Position numbers and translations under genes: made by a program. Below, piece by piece: positions 20,272 to 30,315 of a stretch of 35,618 bases of DNA. Numbering within the stretch: the first letter of the stretch is position 1; each line of letters begins with the position of its first letter. The stretch spans positions 1-35,618 of the forward strand of contig JAWOBO010000038.1 in NCBI GenBank assembly GCA_046484225.1, read 5' to 3'. The DNA is from Candidatus Omnitrophota bacterium (lineage in GTDB: Bacteria; Omnitrophota; Gorgyraeia; Duberdicusellales; 4484-171). The notes beneath the pieces were generated by a model that searched no databases, was not told the DNA's origin, and saw only the letters and a list, made by a program, of their open reading frames with translations.

Positions 20272-20838
20272 ATGTCTGTAAAGTTAAAAAAGGTTTTATT
20301 ACATATCTGCTGTGGCGTTTGTGCCGGCCATGCAATAGAAGAGCTGCAAGCTAGAGGTTATCTAGTCTCAGGTTATTTTTACAACCCTAATATCCACCCC
20401 TACAAAGAATATCTGCTTAGAAAAAAAGAAGTCAAAAGAATAGCTGACTTTTATAAAATAAAAGTTATCAGCCCTAACTACCAACTAGATAAATGGAAAA
20501 AGAAATGTGATAAATTTAAAGATGAAAAAGAAGGAGGAGTTCGTTGTGATGCCTGTTTTAAGCTAAGATTAGAAGAAAGTTATAAAAAAGCTAAAAACGG
20601 TAATTGCGACTATTTTACTACTACCTTAACTATCAGCCCCCATAAAAACAGCCAAAAAATATTTAAAATAGGAAAAAAAATAGGAAAAGATAAATTTTTG
20701 GCAATAGATTTTAAAAAGAAAAATGGTTTTAAAAAAGCAATTGAAATTTCAAAAAAATTAAATCTATACCGGCAAAATTATTGTGGCTGCATCTACAGTC
20801 TGAGGGATAGAGAGAATAAAATAGAAGGTAGAAGTTAG
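20272..20838 (+). CDS. queH: Epoxyqueuosine reductase (DUF208)
   Basis: LLHICCGVC, FYNPNIHP, EGG.RC..C..LRL, TTLTISPHK, YRQNYCGC.YS. Confidence 0.93.
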   Translation: MSVKLKKVLLHICCGVCAGHAIEELQARGYLVSGYFYNPNIHPYKEYLLRKKEVKRIADFYKIKVISPNYQLDKWKKKCDKFKDEKEGGVRCDACFKLRLEESYKKAKNGNCDYFTTTLTISPHKNSQKIFKIGKKIGKDKFLAIDFKKKNGFKKAIEISKKLNLYRQNYCGCIYSLRDRENKIEGRS

Positions 20839-20849
20839 GAATTAGAAGA
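20822..20849 (+). repeat. Period-7 tandem repeat overlapping the queH 3' end
   Basis: TAGAAGG TAGAAGT TAGGAAT TAGAAGA. Confidence 0.55.
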
Positions 20850-20874
20850 ATTGATTACACTAAAACAAAAGGTA

Positions 20875-20976
20875 ATTATGCTGATTTGGGCGCGCAGCGA
20901 TCTGAGTAGCTCCCGAAGGGAGCCATTAGGTTTAATTCAGCAATACGATGGATGTGAGCACCCAAATCAGCATAAT
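20875..20976. other. 102-nt structured element with perfect 16-bp terminal inverted repeat (MITE or ncRNA)
   Basis: ATTATGCTGATTTGGG (20875-20890) / CCCAAATCAGCATAAT (20961-20976); internal GCTCCC-GAA-GGGAGC hairpin; GC-rich relative to the flanks. Confidence 0.75.
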
Positions 20977-21002
20977 GGACTTATAAAGATTGATTCGATA
21001 TA

Positions 21003-21917
21003 ATGACAAAACATTATTACTCTTTTAATAATTATCTACGCAAAACTTTTGGAGTAAGAGTCCAGCGCCTTAGCCTTGATGCCGGCTTTAGCTGTCCAAA
21101 CCTTGATGGCTCACTCAGCAATCAAGGTTGCACCTTCTGCAACAACAAAGCCTTCAGCCGCTATACAGAGAGTAAAAGGAAGCCAATTAAAGAACAGATC
21201 AAGGAATCAATTCAGTTTGCCCGCAAGCGCTACAAGGCAAAAAAATTTATCGCCTATTTTCAAAGCTTTACCAATACTTATGCCGATATTCAAACTTTAG
21301 GCAAAAAATACAATCAGATCAAAGGTTTTAAGGATATAGTGGGAATTTCAGTCTCAACCCGGCCCGATTGTATCAACAAAGAAAAGTTAAATTTATTAGC
21401 TGAATTCTCTAAAGATTACAAAGTTTATATCGAATACGGCCTGCAATCTGTCCACGATAAAACTTTAGCCAAGATTAACCGCAAACACAACTTTAAAGCT
21501 TTTGAAGATGCCCTTAAATTAACCAAACAATACAAAAACATTCATTCAGCTGCCCACATTATTTTAGGGCTTCCCGGAGAATCAAAAGAGGAGATGCTTA
21601 AAACTGCAAAAACCTTAGCTAAAATGCTTCTTTGGGGCCTAAAAATTCACTGCCTGCATATTGTAAAGAATACAATCTTAGCTCAACAATACTACAAAAA
21701 CAAAGTTAAACTTCTCAGTAAAAACCAATATTTAGATATCTTGATAGATTTTCTAAGATTAATTCCGAAAGATTTTGTAATGCTTAGATTAGTATCCGAT
21801 GCAAACCCAAAACAATTAATCGCCCCTAAATGGCTCAACCAAAAAAGCAAAATACTTACTGAATTGGATAAAAGATTAAAAAAAGAAAATATTTGGCAAG
21901 GAGAACTGATTAACTAA
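21003..21917 (+). CDS. Radical SAM protein, YhcC/TIGR01212 family
   Basis: LDAGFSCPNLDG...GCTFC, YFQSFTNTY, TRPDC, EYGLQS, HIILGLPGE. Confidence 0.92.
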   Translation: MTKHYYSFNNYLRKTFGVRVQRLSLDAGFSCPNLDGSLSNQGCTFCNNKAFSRYTESKRKPIKEQIKESIQFARKRYKAKKFIAYFQSFTNTYADIQTLGKKYNQIKGFKDIVGISVSTRPDCINKEKLNLLAEFSKDYKVYIEYGLQSVHDKTLAKINRKHNFKAFEDALKLTKQYKNIHSAAHIILGLPGESKEEMLKTAKTLAKMLLWGLKIHCLHIVKNTILAQQYYKNKVKLLSKNQYLDILIDFLRLIPKDFVMLRLVSDANPKQLIAPKWLNQKSKILTELDKRLKKENIWQGELIN

Positions 21918-21970
21918 CAACCAATTGTAATAATTAATAAAATAAAATGTTTTTTATATAACTCTTTTAA

Positions 21971-21983
21971 TATCAATAGATTA
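21971..21983 (+). promoter_or_regulatory. Possible IHF-binding site in an AT-rich spacer
   Basis: TATCAA-TAGA-TTA matches WATCAANNNNTTR; chance matches are likely at this AT content. Confidence 0.25.
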
Positions 21984-22020
21984 TAAGCATAAAAAGCGCC
22001 CACAATTGTTTTAGATAAAA

Positions 22021-22455
22021 ATGAAAGTATTAATTAATAGAATAAGTAAAGGCAAAGTAGAAGTAGCAAAAGAAGTTATTGCTTCTATTAATAAAGGTTT
22101 GACTGTATTTGTAGGTATTGAATCTAACGACACCGAGTCAACCCTTGTAACTGCTTCTAAAAAGATTGTAAATATGCGGCTATTTGAAAATGACTCCGGA
22201 AAACTTTCAGAATCAGTAAAAGAAAAAGGTTATCCAATTCTTTGTATTCCTAACTTCACTCTTTGTGCCTCAACAGAAAAGGGGAGGCGGCCGTCTTTTG
22301 AAAAAGCGATGAAACCCGATGCAGCAAAAAAAATGTTTGCTAAATTTATGGTTTTGTTGCAAAATAAGATAGATCTTCAATCAGGAATATTTGGAGCTGA
22401 TATGGCTATAGATTTAGAGCTAGACGGCCCAGTAAATATAACGGTTAAGGCATGA
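22021..22455 (+). CDS. dtd: D-aminoacyl-tRNA deacylase
   Basis: KIVNMRLF, PNFTL (variant of SQFTL), KGRRPSF, GIFGADM, DGPV. Confidence 0.93.
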   Translation: MKVLINRISKGKVEVAKEVIASINKGLTVFVGIESNDTESTLVTASKKIVNMRLFENDSGKLSESVKEKGYPILCIPNFTLCASTEKGRRPSFEKAMKPDAAKKMFAKFMVLLQNKIDLQSGIFGADMAIDLELDGPVNITVKA

Positions 22456-22456
22456 T

Positions 22457-22553
22457 GAAAGTACCGATAGACGAAAGACGATGGATGAAAAGACGAAAAC
22501 GTCTATCGTCCAAGCAAAGCGGTCGTCTGTCGTCTCTCGGAACAAAACTATAA
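22457..22553 (+). repeat. 97-nt heptamer-periodic hairpin element, copy 2 (MITE-like)
   Basis: CCGATAGACGAAAGACG pairs with CGTCTGTCGTCTCTCGG (15/17); homologous to 19547-19643. Confidence 0.9.
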
Positions 22554-22558
22554 ACACG

Positions 22559-23311
22559 ATGTATCCTATACTTTTTAAAATTGGTCCGGTTACAATTTAT
22601 ACCTATGGGTTTTTTATATTCTTAGGAGTATTATTCGGATATCTCTTATTTCAAAAAAGAGCTAAAGAAGTAGGAATTGATAAACAGCAATCTTCAAATA
22701 TATTCTTCTGGGCATTGATAATCGGCTTTCTTGGCGCAAGAATTACCTATATCCTTATTAACTTGCAGACTTTCATTAAAGCTCCTTTAGATACAATTTT
22801 AAGTCGAAGTGGTTTTGTTTTTTATGGAGGAGTAGTTTTTGGCTTACTTTATCTTTTTTTATTTACCAGAAAACACAAAATTAAGCTTTTAAAAATTACC
22901 GATATATTCGCCCTGGCCATTCCCTTGGCCCATGGTTTTGGAAGAGTTGGCTGTTTTTTCTACGGTTGTTGCTATGGTCAAACAACACAATCATGGATTG
23001 GAATCAAATTCCCGCTTGGCTCACCAGCTGGTTTAGAAAACGCAAAAGTCATACCCACTCAATTGATTTCAGCTGGTTTTTTATTTATTTTGTTTTTGTT
23101 TTTATTTACAATCCGAAATAAGGTAACTCATATTGGTAGGCTTACTGCTTATTATCTTTTAACTTACTCTTTATTTAGATTTATTATTGAGTTTTTCCGC
23201 GGAGATCCCAGAGGATTTTTCTTTATTTTTTCAACTTCTCAATGGATATCTCTTTTTTTTATTCTTTTAGCAATTATAATTTTGGGCAAAAAACAAGCAA
23301 AATATAATTAA
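22559..23311 (+). CDS. lgt: Prolipoprotein diacylglyceryl transferase
   Basis: MYPILFKIG.....YG, GARI.Y, FYGG, GRVGCF..GCCYG, PTQL, RFIIEFFRGD; start taken at ATG 22559. Confidence 0.95.
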   Translation: MYPILFKIGPVTIYTYGFFIFLGVLFGYLLFQKRAKEVGIDKQQSSNIFFWALIIGFLGARITYILINLQTFIKAPLDTILSRSGFVFYGGVVFGLLYLFLFTRKHKIKLLKITDIFALAIPLAHGFGRVGCFFYGCCYGQTTQSWIGIKFPLGSPAGLENAKVIPTQLISAGFLFILFLFLFTIRNKVTHIGRLTAYYLLTYSLFRFIIEFFRGDPRGFFFIFSTSQWISLFFILLAIIILGKKQAKYN

Positions 23312-23320
23312 TTTTTAAAA

Positions 23321-23695
23321 ATGAAATTCGCCACCTCAATTCATTGTATGGACGGAAGAATACAAGAACCAATAATACAGTACCTGAAAAATAACTATAA
23401 AGTAATCTATGTTGACACAATAACCGAACCAGGCCCTTGTAAAATCATTGCTGACAACAGCGACAAAGCAACAATCAACTCAATTATCAAGCGAACCAAT
23501 ATCTCTGTAAATAAACACCACTCAAAGCTGATAGCTATATCCAGCCATTATGACTGTGCTGGAAATCCTTCTAGCAAAAAAAGAAAAAAAACGCAAATCA
23601 AAGCATCTGTTGAGTTTATAAAAAAAAGTTATCCCCAAATCGAAGTAATTGGGCTATGGATCAATAATCAATGGAAAGTTAATCAATATCTATAA
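23321..23695 (+). CDS. Putative small beta-type carbonic anhydrase-like protein
   Basis: Zn-ligand motifs CMDGR and HYDCAG, plus D.IT.PG. Confidence 0.75.
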   Translation: MKFATSIHCMDGRIQEPIIQYLKNNYKVIYVDTITEPGPCKIIADNSDKATINSIIKRTNISVNKHHSKLIAISSHYDCAGNPSSKKRKKTQIKASVEFIKKSYPQIEVIGLWINNQWKVNQYL

Positions 23696-23705
23696 CTACG
23701 ATCGC

Positions 23706-23733
23706 TTGAATAAACTCCTAAATTAAGTATAAT
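23706..23733 (+). promoter_or_regulatory. Putative sigma70 promoter giving a (near-)leaderless nadE mRNA
   Basis: TTGAAT (23706-23711), 16-nt spacer, TATAAT (23728-23733); ATG only 8 nt further; no SD. Confidence 0.65.
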
Positions 23734-23741
23734 ATCTACTT

Positions 23742-25343
23742 ATGATAAAAATTGCTTTAGCTCAAACTAACCCTACTGTCGGCGATCTTAGGAAAAATGC
23801 TAAAAAAATCAATGAATCTATAAAAAAAGCTAAAAAAAATGGGTCAAACTTTATAGTTTTTCCTGAATTAGCCTTAACCGGATACCCTCCTGAAGATCTT
23901 TTACTAAAAAACTATTTTATTGAAAAAAATCTCAAAGCTTTAAATAAAATAAAAAAAGAGACTGCTGGCATTACGGTAATTATAGGATTCGTCGACAGAA
24001 ATAAATTTAAAACTTATAATAGCTGCGCCATAATCCAAGACAAAAAAATAATCGATATTTATCATAAAATCTATCTACCCAATCACGGTATTTTTGACGA
24101 AAAAAGATACTTTAACCCCGGAAAAATATTACCTATTTATGAAGCTGGCAATAAAAAGTTTACTATAACTATCTGTGAAGATATTTGGATAAAAAAGCAT
24201 CAGCAGAGTTTAAGAAACAAGCACCTTGATTTTATTATAAACATTTCAGCTTCACCTTTTAGTATCAAAAAAATAGAACAGAAAAAGAAAGTTCTGTCTT
24301 CGGCAGCTAAAACTACAAAAGCATTCATTTTTTACTGTAACCTTGTTGGTGGGCAAGATGAAATAGTTTTTGACGGAAGAAGCCTGGTTTATTCACCAAA
24401 AGGAAAACTCCTAAAACAAGCTAAAAAATTTTCAACTGATATAATTTATTTTAACCCAAAAAGGTTTAGGCAAAAAACAATCCAAATAAAATCAAATAAA
24501 ATAGAAAACATCCATTCAGCTCTTTCTTTGGGAATCAAAGATTATATGCGCAAAAATAAATTTCAAAAAGCCATCTTGGGACTAAGCGGGGGGCTAGACT
24601 CGGCTGTAACTTTAGCAATTGTGGCAAAAAGCATAGGCTCAAACAGAGTAAATGCCTTAATTATGCCTTCCTGCTACTCATCTAAAAGAAGCCTGACTGA
24701 TGCAACCAAAATCTGTAAAAACCTAGGTATAAAATACTATACAGTAAAGATCAACAATATCTTTAATAGTTTCAACAAAAATCTCAAACCTTATTTTAAA
24801 AATTTGCCGGCTGACAGCACCGAAGAGAACCTTCAAGCTAGAATCAGAGGAAATATACTTATGGCTTTTTCAAATAAATTTGGCCACCTAGTTGTAACCA
24901 CCGGTAATAAAAGCGAGATATCCTGCGGTTATTGCACCCTTTATGGTGATATGGCCGGTGGCTTTGGAATTTTAAAGGATGTTTATAAAACATCAGTTTA
25001 CCAACTAGCTCGATTCATAAATAAAAAAAATAAAAAAAAGATAATACCGAGATCAATCATTACCAAAGCTCCTTCAGCAGAGCTAAGGCCCAACCAAAAA
25101 GATACTGACAGCTTGCCAAACTATAACTTATTGGATAAAATATTGCATCTATATGTAGAAAATGACATAAATTTTCAAGAAATCGTCAAAAAAGGTTTTG
25201 ATCGAAAAACCGTCAAAAAAATCATCGAAATGGTAGACTCTTCTGAATACAAAAGAAGACAGGCTCCCATTGGAATAAAAATCAGCGAACGAGCTTTTGG
25301 CAAAGATCGCAGAATGCCCATAACCAATAACTTCACAACTTAA
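23742..25343 (+). CDS. nadE: Glutamine-dependent NAD+ synthetase
   Basis: Nitrilase domain (FPEL, K..LPN...FDE.RYF, ICEDIW) plus synthetase domain (LSGGLDS, ENLQARIRG, TGNKSE, PSAEL, EYKRRQ). Confidence 0.96.
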   Translation: MIKIALAQTNPTVGDLRKNAKKINESIKKAKKNGSNFIVFPELALTGYPPEDLLLKNYFIEKNLKALNKIKKETAGITVIIGFVDRNKFKTYNSCAIIQDKKIIDIYHKIYLPNHGIFDEKRYFNPGKILPIYEAGNKKFTITICEDIWIKKHQQSLRNKHLDFIINISASPFSIKKIEQKKKVLSSAAKTTKAFIFYCNLVGGQDEIVFDGRSLVYSPKGKLLKQAKKFSTDIIYFNPKRFRQKTIQIKSNKIENIHSALSLGIKDYMRKNKFQKAILGLSGGLDSAVTLAIVAKSIGSNRVNALIMPSCYSSKRSLTDATKICKNLGIKYYTVKINNIFNSFNKNLKPYFKNLPADSTEENLQARIRGNILMAFSNKFGHLVVTTGNKSEISCGYCTLYGDMAGGFGILKDVYKTSVYQLARFINKKNKKKIIPRSIITKAPSAELRPNQKDTDSLPNYNLLDKILHLYVENDINFQEIVKKGFDRKTVKKIIEMVDSSEYKRRQAPIGIKISERAFGKDRRMPITNNFTT

Positions 25344-25344
25344 A

Positions 25345-25758
25345 ATGACAGATGTATTTATAGGCCTTGGCTCAAACCTCGGCAACAGAAAGAAAAACAT
25401 AGAAAAAGCTATTGAAAAAATAGCCTCTATAAAAGAAACAAAAATAAAAAAAAGATCTTCACTAATTGAAACAAAGCCCCACCAAGCGCCCGGGCCTAAT
25501 TATTTAAATGGGGCAATAAAAATAGATACCGATTTATTACCAGAAGAATTACTCGATAGCTTAAAAAAAATAGAAACAAAACTGGGAAGAAAACGTAGTT
25601 TTAAAAATGCACCGCGTATGATTGACCTAGATATATTATTATATGGCAACGAAACAATAAAAACTAAAAAACTCACAGTTCCCCACCCCAGGCTAAAATT
25701 CAGAGATTTTGTTAAAAAATCTTTGAGGGAGATCGAACCAAACTTAAAATTATCTTAA
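25345..25758 (+). CDS. folK: 6-hydroxymethyl-7,8-dihydropterin pyrophosphokinase
   Basis: IGLGSNLG, YLN, IE..LGR.R, PRMIDLDILLY, LTVPHP. Confidence 0.95.
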   Translation: MTDVFIGLGSNLGNRKKNIEKAIEKIASIKETKIKKRSSLIETKPHQAPGPNYLNGAIKIDTDLLPEELLDSLKKIETKLGRKRSFKNAPRMIDLDILLYGNETIKTKKLTVPHPRLKFRDFVKKSLREIEPNLKLS

Positions 25759-25759
25759 A

Positions 25760-26608
25760 ATGATTACAACAAGAAGTATTGCCAAAATAAAAAAAATAGT
25801 AGAAAAAGCAAGGAAAGACAACAAAACAATAGGGTTTGTACCCACCATGGGCGCTCTTCATAAAGGCCATCTTTTTTTGGTCAACAAGGCAAGAAAAGAG
25901 TGCGACTATTTGGTAGTAAGTATATTTATAAATCCTTTACAATTTGGCCCCTCGGAAGATTTCAAAAGCTATCCCCGCAATATAAAAGCAGACAAAAAGC
26001 TATTAAACGAAAAAAAAGTTAACCTTTTATTTTATCCTCAAGCTGATAAAATGTACAATCCTGATTTTTCTACTTTTGTCAAAGAGATAAAGCTAAGCAA
26101 AAACTTGTGTGGAAAATCCCGGCCTGGTCATTTCAAGGGAGTAACTACCATAGTTACAAAGCTTTTTAATATAGTCAAACCTGATCTTTCTTATTTTGGG
26201 CAAAAGGACTATCAGCAAGCCTTAATTATAAAAAAAATGGTAAGAGATCTTAATTTTTCTGTAAAAATAAAGATTGCTCCAACAATAAGAGAAAAAGATA
26301 AGCTGGCTTTAAGCTCACGTAACTTATATCTTAGCAAAAAAGAACGCAAAGAATCACAGGCTATATATCAGGCTTTACTGCAGGCAAAACAAATGATTAA
26401 AAACAATGAAAGTAACCCAAAAAAAATCATCAATAAAGCAGAAAAAACAATAAGAAAAAATTCTACAGCCTCAATTGATTATATTGAAGTTCGAAATGCA
26501 AATAATTTAGAAAAAATTAAAGAAATAAAAGGTAAAGTTTTTATTGGAATTGCCGTTTACTTTGGCAAAATACGTCTTATTGACAATATCATTGTAAACA
26601 AAAATTAG
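25760..26608 (+). CDS. panC: Pantoate--beta-alanine ligase
   Basis: GFVPTMGALHKGH, SIFINPLQF, SRPGHF.GV, FGQKDYQQ, LALSSRN, RLIDN. Confidence 0.97.
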   Translation: MITTRSIAKIKKIVEKARKDNKTIGFVPTMGALHKGHLFLVNKARKECDYLVVSIFINPLQFGPSEDFKSYPRNIKADKKLLNEKKVNLLFYPQADKMYNPDFSTFVKEIKLSKNLCGKSRPGHFKGVTTIVTKLFNIVKPDLSYFGQKDYQQALIIKKMVRDLNFSVKIKIAPTIREKDKLALSSRNLYLSKKERKESQAIYQALLQAKQMIKNNESNPKKIINKAEKTIRKNSTASIDYIEVRNANNLEKIKEIKGKVFIGIAVYFGKIRLIDNIIVNKN

Positions 26609-26644
26609 CGTTTATTCGTATAATATTAGTGTTTATTCGCGTTT
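26604..26644 (+). repeat. Period-10/11 tandem repeat
   Basis: ATTAGCGTTT ATTCGTATAAT ATTAGTGTTT ATTCGCGTTT; the first unit supplies the panC stop codon. Confidence 0.65.
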
Positions 26645-26658
26645 AAAAGGAGATAAAA

Positions 26659-27462
26659 ATGAAAAAAATAGGTATAGTGGGTTGTGGTGCTATCGGAGAA
26701 GGGCTTGCTTTATTTATTAATAAAAATCTATCTGGCCAAGCCACTTTAACAACTTTAGCCGACAAAAGAAAAACAGCAGCAACTTCTCTCAATAAAAAGT
26801 TACCAAAAAAAGCTAAAATTAAAACCATAAAAAATTTAGTTAAAGAGGTAGACCTTGTAATTGAAACTGCCTCACAAGCTGCTGCTTGCCAGGTGATAAA
26901 GCAAACTTTAAACTATAAAAAAGATGTAATTATTTTAAGCGTAGGGGCTTTAATAAAAAATCTAGAAATATTAAAAAAAACTCAAGCAAAAAATATAAAT
27001 CTATATATACCTTCAGGCGCTATCTCTGGAGTAGATGGCTTAGCAGCTTTAGCTAAAGGAAATATAAAAAAATTAACTATTACAACCTCTAAACCACCAG
27101 CTGGACTAGCCGGGGCTAATTATCTAAAAAATAAGAAGATAAATATAAAAAAAATAGATAAACCAACTATTATTTTTTCAGGAGACGTTGCTGAAGCTAC
27201 AAAATATTTTCCAAAAAATATTAATGTCGCCGCAACTTTACTTTTGGCTTCTAAATTTGATAAAGTTAAGGTTGTAATTAAATTAAACCCAAAAATTAAA
27301 AGAAACATCCATAAAATAGAAGCTATGGCGGATGAAGCTAAAATAAAAATAGAAGTTGAAAATGTTTCTTCAAAAATAAACCCTAAAACAAGCGCTTTAA
27401 CAATTCTTTCGACTCAAACATTACTTGAAAAAATCTTTTCACCGGTAAAAATCGGAACCTAA
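26659..27462 (+). CDS. nadX: L-aspartate dehydrogenase
   Basis: GCGAIG, VIE.AS, LSVGAL, PSGAI.G.D, KPP, FPKNINVA, N.H.I, NPKTS; AAGGAG SD. Confidence 0.9.
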   Translation: MKKIGIVGCGAIGEGLALFINKNLSGQATLTTLADKRKTAATSLNKKLPKKAKIKTIKNLVKEVDLVIETASQAAACQVIKQTLNYKKDVIILSVGALIKNLEILKKTQAKNINLYIPSGAISGVDGLAALAKGNIKKLTITTSKPPAGLAGANYLKNKKINIKKIDKPTIIFSGDVAEATKYFPKNINVAATLLLASKFDKVKVVIKLNPKIKRNIHKIEAMADEAKIKIEVENVSSKINPKTSALTILSTQTLLEKIFSPVKIGT

Positions 27463-27468
27463 TGTACA

Positions 27469-27510
27469 ATCTGTGTGCATCTGTTTCTATCTCTGTAAAT
27501 CTGTGTTTTA
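27469..27510 (-). repeat. Period-10 tandem repeat, inverted copy of 9994-10035
   Basis: ATCTG/ATCTC at 27469, 27479, 27489 and 27499. Confidence 0.8.
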
Positions 27511-27513
27511 ACT

Positions 27514-30306
27514 ATGTATAATTATATAACGATAAAAGGGGCAAAAGAACATAATTTAAAAAACATTAATGTTAAAATCCCTAAAAATAAAATAACCGTG
27601 GTAACCGGACTTTCGGGTTCAGGCAAGTCATCATTAGCATTTGATACTATCTATGCTGAAGGACAACGCCGTTATGTAGAAAGCTTATCCAGTTATGCTA
27701 GGCAATTCCTCGAACAACTTCAAAAACCTAATCTAGAACACATCGAGGGGCTTTCTCCGGCAATTGCCATTGAACAGAAAAAAGCCGGAGGCTCACTGCG
27801 TTCAATCGTCGCTACCCAGACTGAAATTTATGACTACCTACGCCTGTTATACGCAAGAATTGGAAAACCGCGCTGCCCTAACTGTCAGCGGCAAATATCT
27901 AAACAAACCCCGCAACAAATTATTGATCAAGTAATAAAATCTTTTCATAACAATAAAATATTTCTTCTTTCACCGATCATCCGCGGTAAAAAAGGAAGTT
28001 ACCAAGCTTTATTTGAAAGATTGCTAAAAGAAGGCTTTTCTCGAATAAGAATCGATAAACAAATCTATAACTTAGATGAAAAAATTAAGATTAATCGTTA
28101 CAAAATGCATGATATTGAAATTTTAGTTGATAGAATAAAAGTATCAAAAAAACATATCAAAAGAATAGCTTCTTCAATCGAAACTGCAATCAAATACTCA
28201 GAAGGTTATCTTTTAATTTACAACTTAACCGAAGATAAAGAAGTTTTATTTAATACTCATCTAAACTGTGCTTACTGTCACCTATCTTTTCCTAAGCTTG
28301 AACCCAGACTTTTTTCTTTTAACTCTCCTTACGGAGCTTGTCCTGCCTGCAAGGGTCTTGGAATCCACCTTGAATTTGATCCTGATTTAATTGTTCCTGA
28401 AAAAGACAAAAGCTTATCACAAGGAGCTATTGAGCCTTTTAGAAGAGGAAGCAGAGGATCTATGATGTATTACCGTGCACTTTTACGAGAGCTAGCCTAT
28501 GAACTTGATATATCAATGGATACTCCTTTCAAGAAGTTTTCAAAAAATACCCAAAAAACTATTCTTTATGGAAATAACAATATCTACGTCTGGTCAAAAC
28601 CTTACGAAGGAGTTATTCCTCATTTGGAAAGGATATTTAATAAAACTGATTCTCAGTACCGCAAACACGACATTGCAAACTATATGTCAAAGCTACCTTG
28701 CCCTGCCTGCAAAGGAATGCGGTTAAAAAAAGAAGCTCTCTCTGTATTTGTAGGAAAATATAATATTTGGGAAGTAGTTCAGATGAATATTCAAACTGCT
28801 TTTGAGTTTTTTTCAAAGCTAGAACTCACAAGTTCAGAAAAAAAGATTGCCAATGAAATCATAAAAGAAATAAAAAAAAGACTGCAATTCTGCCTAACCG
28901 TGGGTCTTTCTTATATCTGCTTAGACCGGCTCCGTTCTACTCTATCTGGGGGAGAAGCTCAAAGAATAAGACTGGCCACCCAAGTTGGCTCTGCTCTTTC
29001 AGGTGTAATTTATATTCTTGATGAACCAACCATTGGACTCCATCCTCGCGATGATAAAAATTTAATTAAAACTTTAAAAAAGCTAAAAACCCTAGGAAAT
29101 ACAGTAATTGTAGTCGAACACGATAAACAAATGATCAATGCCGCCGACTATATTATTGATTTAGGGCCAGCTGCCGGGATTAATGGAGGAGAAGTGGTTT
29201 ATGCTGGAAAAATTAATGGGATAAAAAAATCTAAATCCTTAACTGGCCAATACCTCAGCCAAAAAAAAGAAATTGAAATACCAAAAAAGTGGAGAGACTA
29301 CAAAAATAAAACTTATCTTGAAGTGAAAGGGGCTGCCGAACATAATTTAAAAAAAATAAATGTAAAATTTCCCTTAGAAAATTTTATTTGTGTAACTGGT
29401 GTCTCCGGATCAGGAAAATCTACTCTAGTTGAAGATATACTTTATCGGACTTTAGCAAAAAATATTTACAATTCACGCCTAAAGCCGGGCAAATTTAAAA
29501 AAATTAATGGCCTAAAAAATATTGATAAGGTAATCATTGTTGATCAATCACCTATTGGCAGAACTCCACGTTCTAACCCTGCTACCTACACCGGCGTTCT
29601 TACTCCAATCAGAGAACTTTTCAGTAAATTACCTGAAGCACGGGCTAGAGGATTTAAAAAGTCTCGTTTTAGTTTTAACCTTTCCGGTGGCCGTTGCCAA
29701 GCTTGCCGCGGTGAAGGAACGAAGAAAATTGAAATGCATTTTTTGCCGGATATCTACATCCCCTGTGAAGTTTGTCAGGGGCAAAGATTTAATAAGCAAA
29801 CTTTAGAAGTAAAATATAAAGGAAAAAATATATCCGAAGTTCTAAATATGAATATCGACCAAGCCTACCAACTTTTTAGCAATATTCCTTCAATAACTAA
29901 TATTTTACAAACCCTAAAAGATGTTGGTTTAGGTTATATAAAATTGGGGCAACCAGCAACCACTCTCTCAGGAGGAGAGGCTCAAAGAATAAAACTAGCG
30001 TCACAATTGCGTAAAAAAGCAACTGGAAAAACTCTTTACATCCTTGATGAGCCTACCACCGGCCTACACTTTGAAGATATCAAAAAACTTCTTTTCGTCC
30101 TTCAAAGATTAGTAGATAAAAAAAATACAATTTGTGTAATTGAACATAACTTAGACGTGATAAAATGCGCTGATTACATCATTGATTTAGGGCCGGAAGG
30201 TGGAGAAGACGGTGGAAAACTAGTTAGCTGTGGAAGCCCAAAAGAAATAGCTAAATCTAGAAAATCATATACTGGGAACTTTTTAAAAGAAAATTTTAAC
30301 TTATAA
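27514..30306 (+). CDS. uvrA: Excinuclease ABC subunit A
   Basis: [32 protein letters not shown], Zn fingers, two LSGGEAQRI signatures, second Walker [10 protein letters not shown]. Confidence 0.98.
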   Translation: MYNYITIKGAKEHNLKNINVKIPKNKITVVTGLSGSGKSSLAFDTIYAEGQRRYVESLSSYARQFLEQLQKPNLEHIEGLSPAIAIEQKKAGGSLRSIVATQTEIYDYLRLLYARIGKPRCPNCQRQISKQTPQQIIDQVIKSFHNNKIFLLSPIIRGKKGSYQALFERLLKEGFSRIRIDKQIYNLDEKIKINRYKMHDIEILVDRIKVSKKHIKRIASSIETAIKYSEGYLLIYNLTEDKEVLFNTHLNCAYCHLSFPKLEPRLFSFNSPYGACPACKGLGIHLEFDPDLIVPEKDKSLSQGAIEPFRRGSRGSMMYYRALLRELAYELDISMDTPFKKFSKNTQKTILYGNNNIYVWSKPYEGVIPHLERIFNKTDSQYRKHDIANYMSKLPCPACKGMRLKKEALSVFVGKYNIWEVVQMNIQTAFEFFSKLELTSSEKKIANEIIKEIKKRLQFCLTVGLSYICLDRLRSTLSGGEAQRIRLATQVGSALSGVIYILDEPTIGLHPRDDKNLIKTLKKLKTLGNTVIVVEHDKQMINAADYIIDLGPAAGINGGEVVYAGKINGIKKSKSLTGQYLSQKKEIEIPKKWRDYKNKTYLEVKGAAEHNLKKINVKFPLENFICVTGVSGSGKSTLVEDILYRTLAKNIYNSRLKPGKFKKINGLKNIDKVIIVDQSPIGRTPRSNPATYTGVLTPIRELFSKLPEARARGFKKSRFSFNLSGGRCQACRGEGTKKIEMHFLPDIYIPCEVCQGQRFNKQTLEVKYKGKNISEVLNMNIDQAYQLFSNIPSITNILQTLKDVGLGYIKLGQPATTLSGGEAQRIKLASQLRKKATGKTLYILDEPTTGLHFEDIKKLLFVLQRLVDKKNTICVIEHNLDVIKCADYIIDLGPEGGEDGGKLVSCGSPKEIAKSRKSYTGNFLKENFNL

Positions 30307-30315
30307 AGCTTACAT

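Noticed and set aside
20875-20976. SRP RNA, 6S RNA or preQ1 riboswitch
   Set aside because: It lacks the SRP domain IV CAGG...GGAA...AGCA pattern, is shorter than typical 6S, and lies downstream rather than upstream of queH with no preQ1 motif seen.
21918-22020. Replication origin in the AT-rich spacer
   Set aside because: Only one IHF-like match, no DnaA boxes (TTATCCACA), and the spacer is only about 100 nt.
22481-22558. 26-aa N-terminal extension of Lgt encoded by the repeat
   Set aside because: Lgt homology starts at MYPILF (22559); the equivalent ATG in the other repeat copy (19571) hits a TAG before rpe, so the open frame looks accidental.
21076-29806. Alternative-frame plus-strand ORFs 21076-21300, 28499-28726 and 29537-29806
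   Set aside because: Nested out of frame inside the radical SAM gene and uvrA, with no motifs or RBS.
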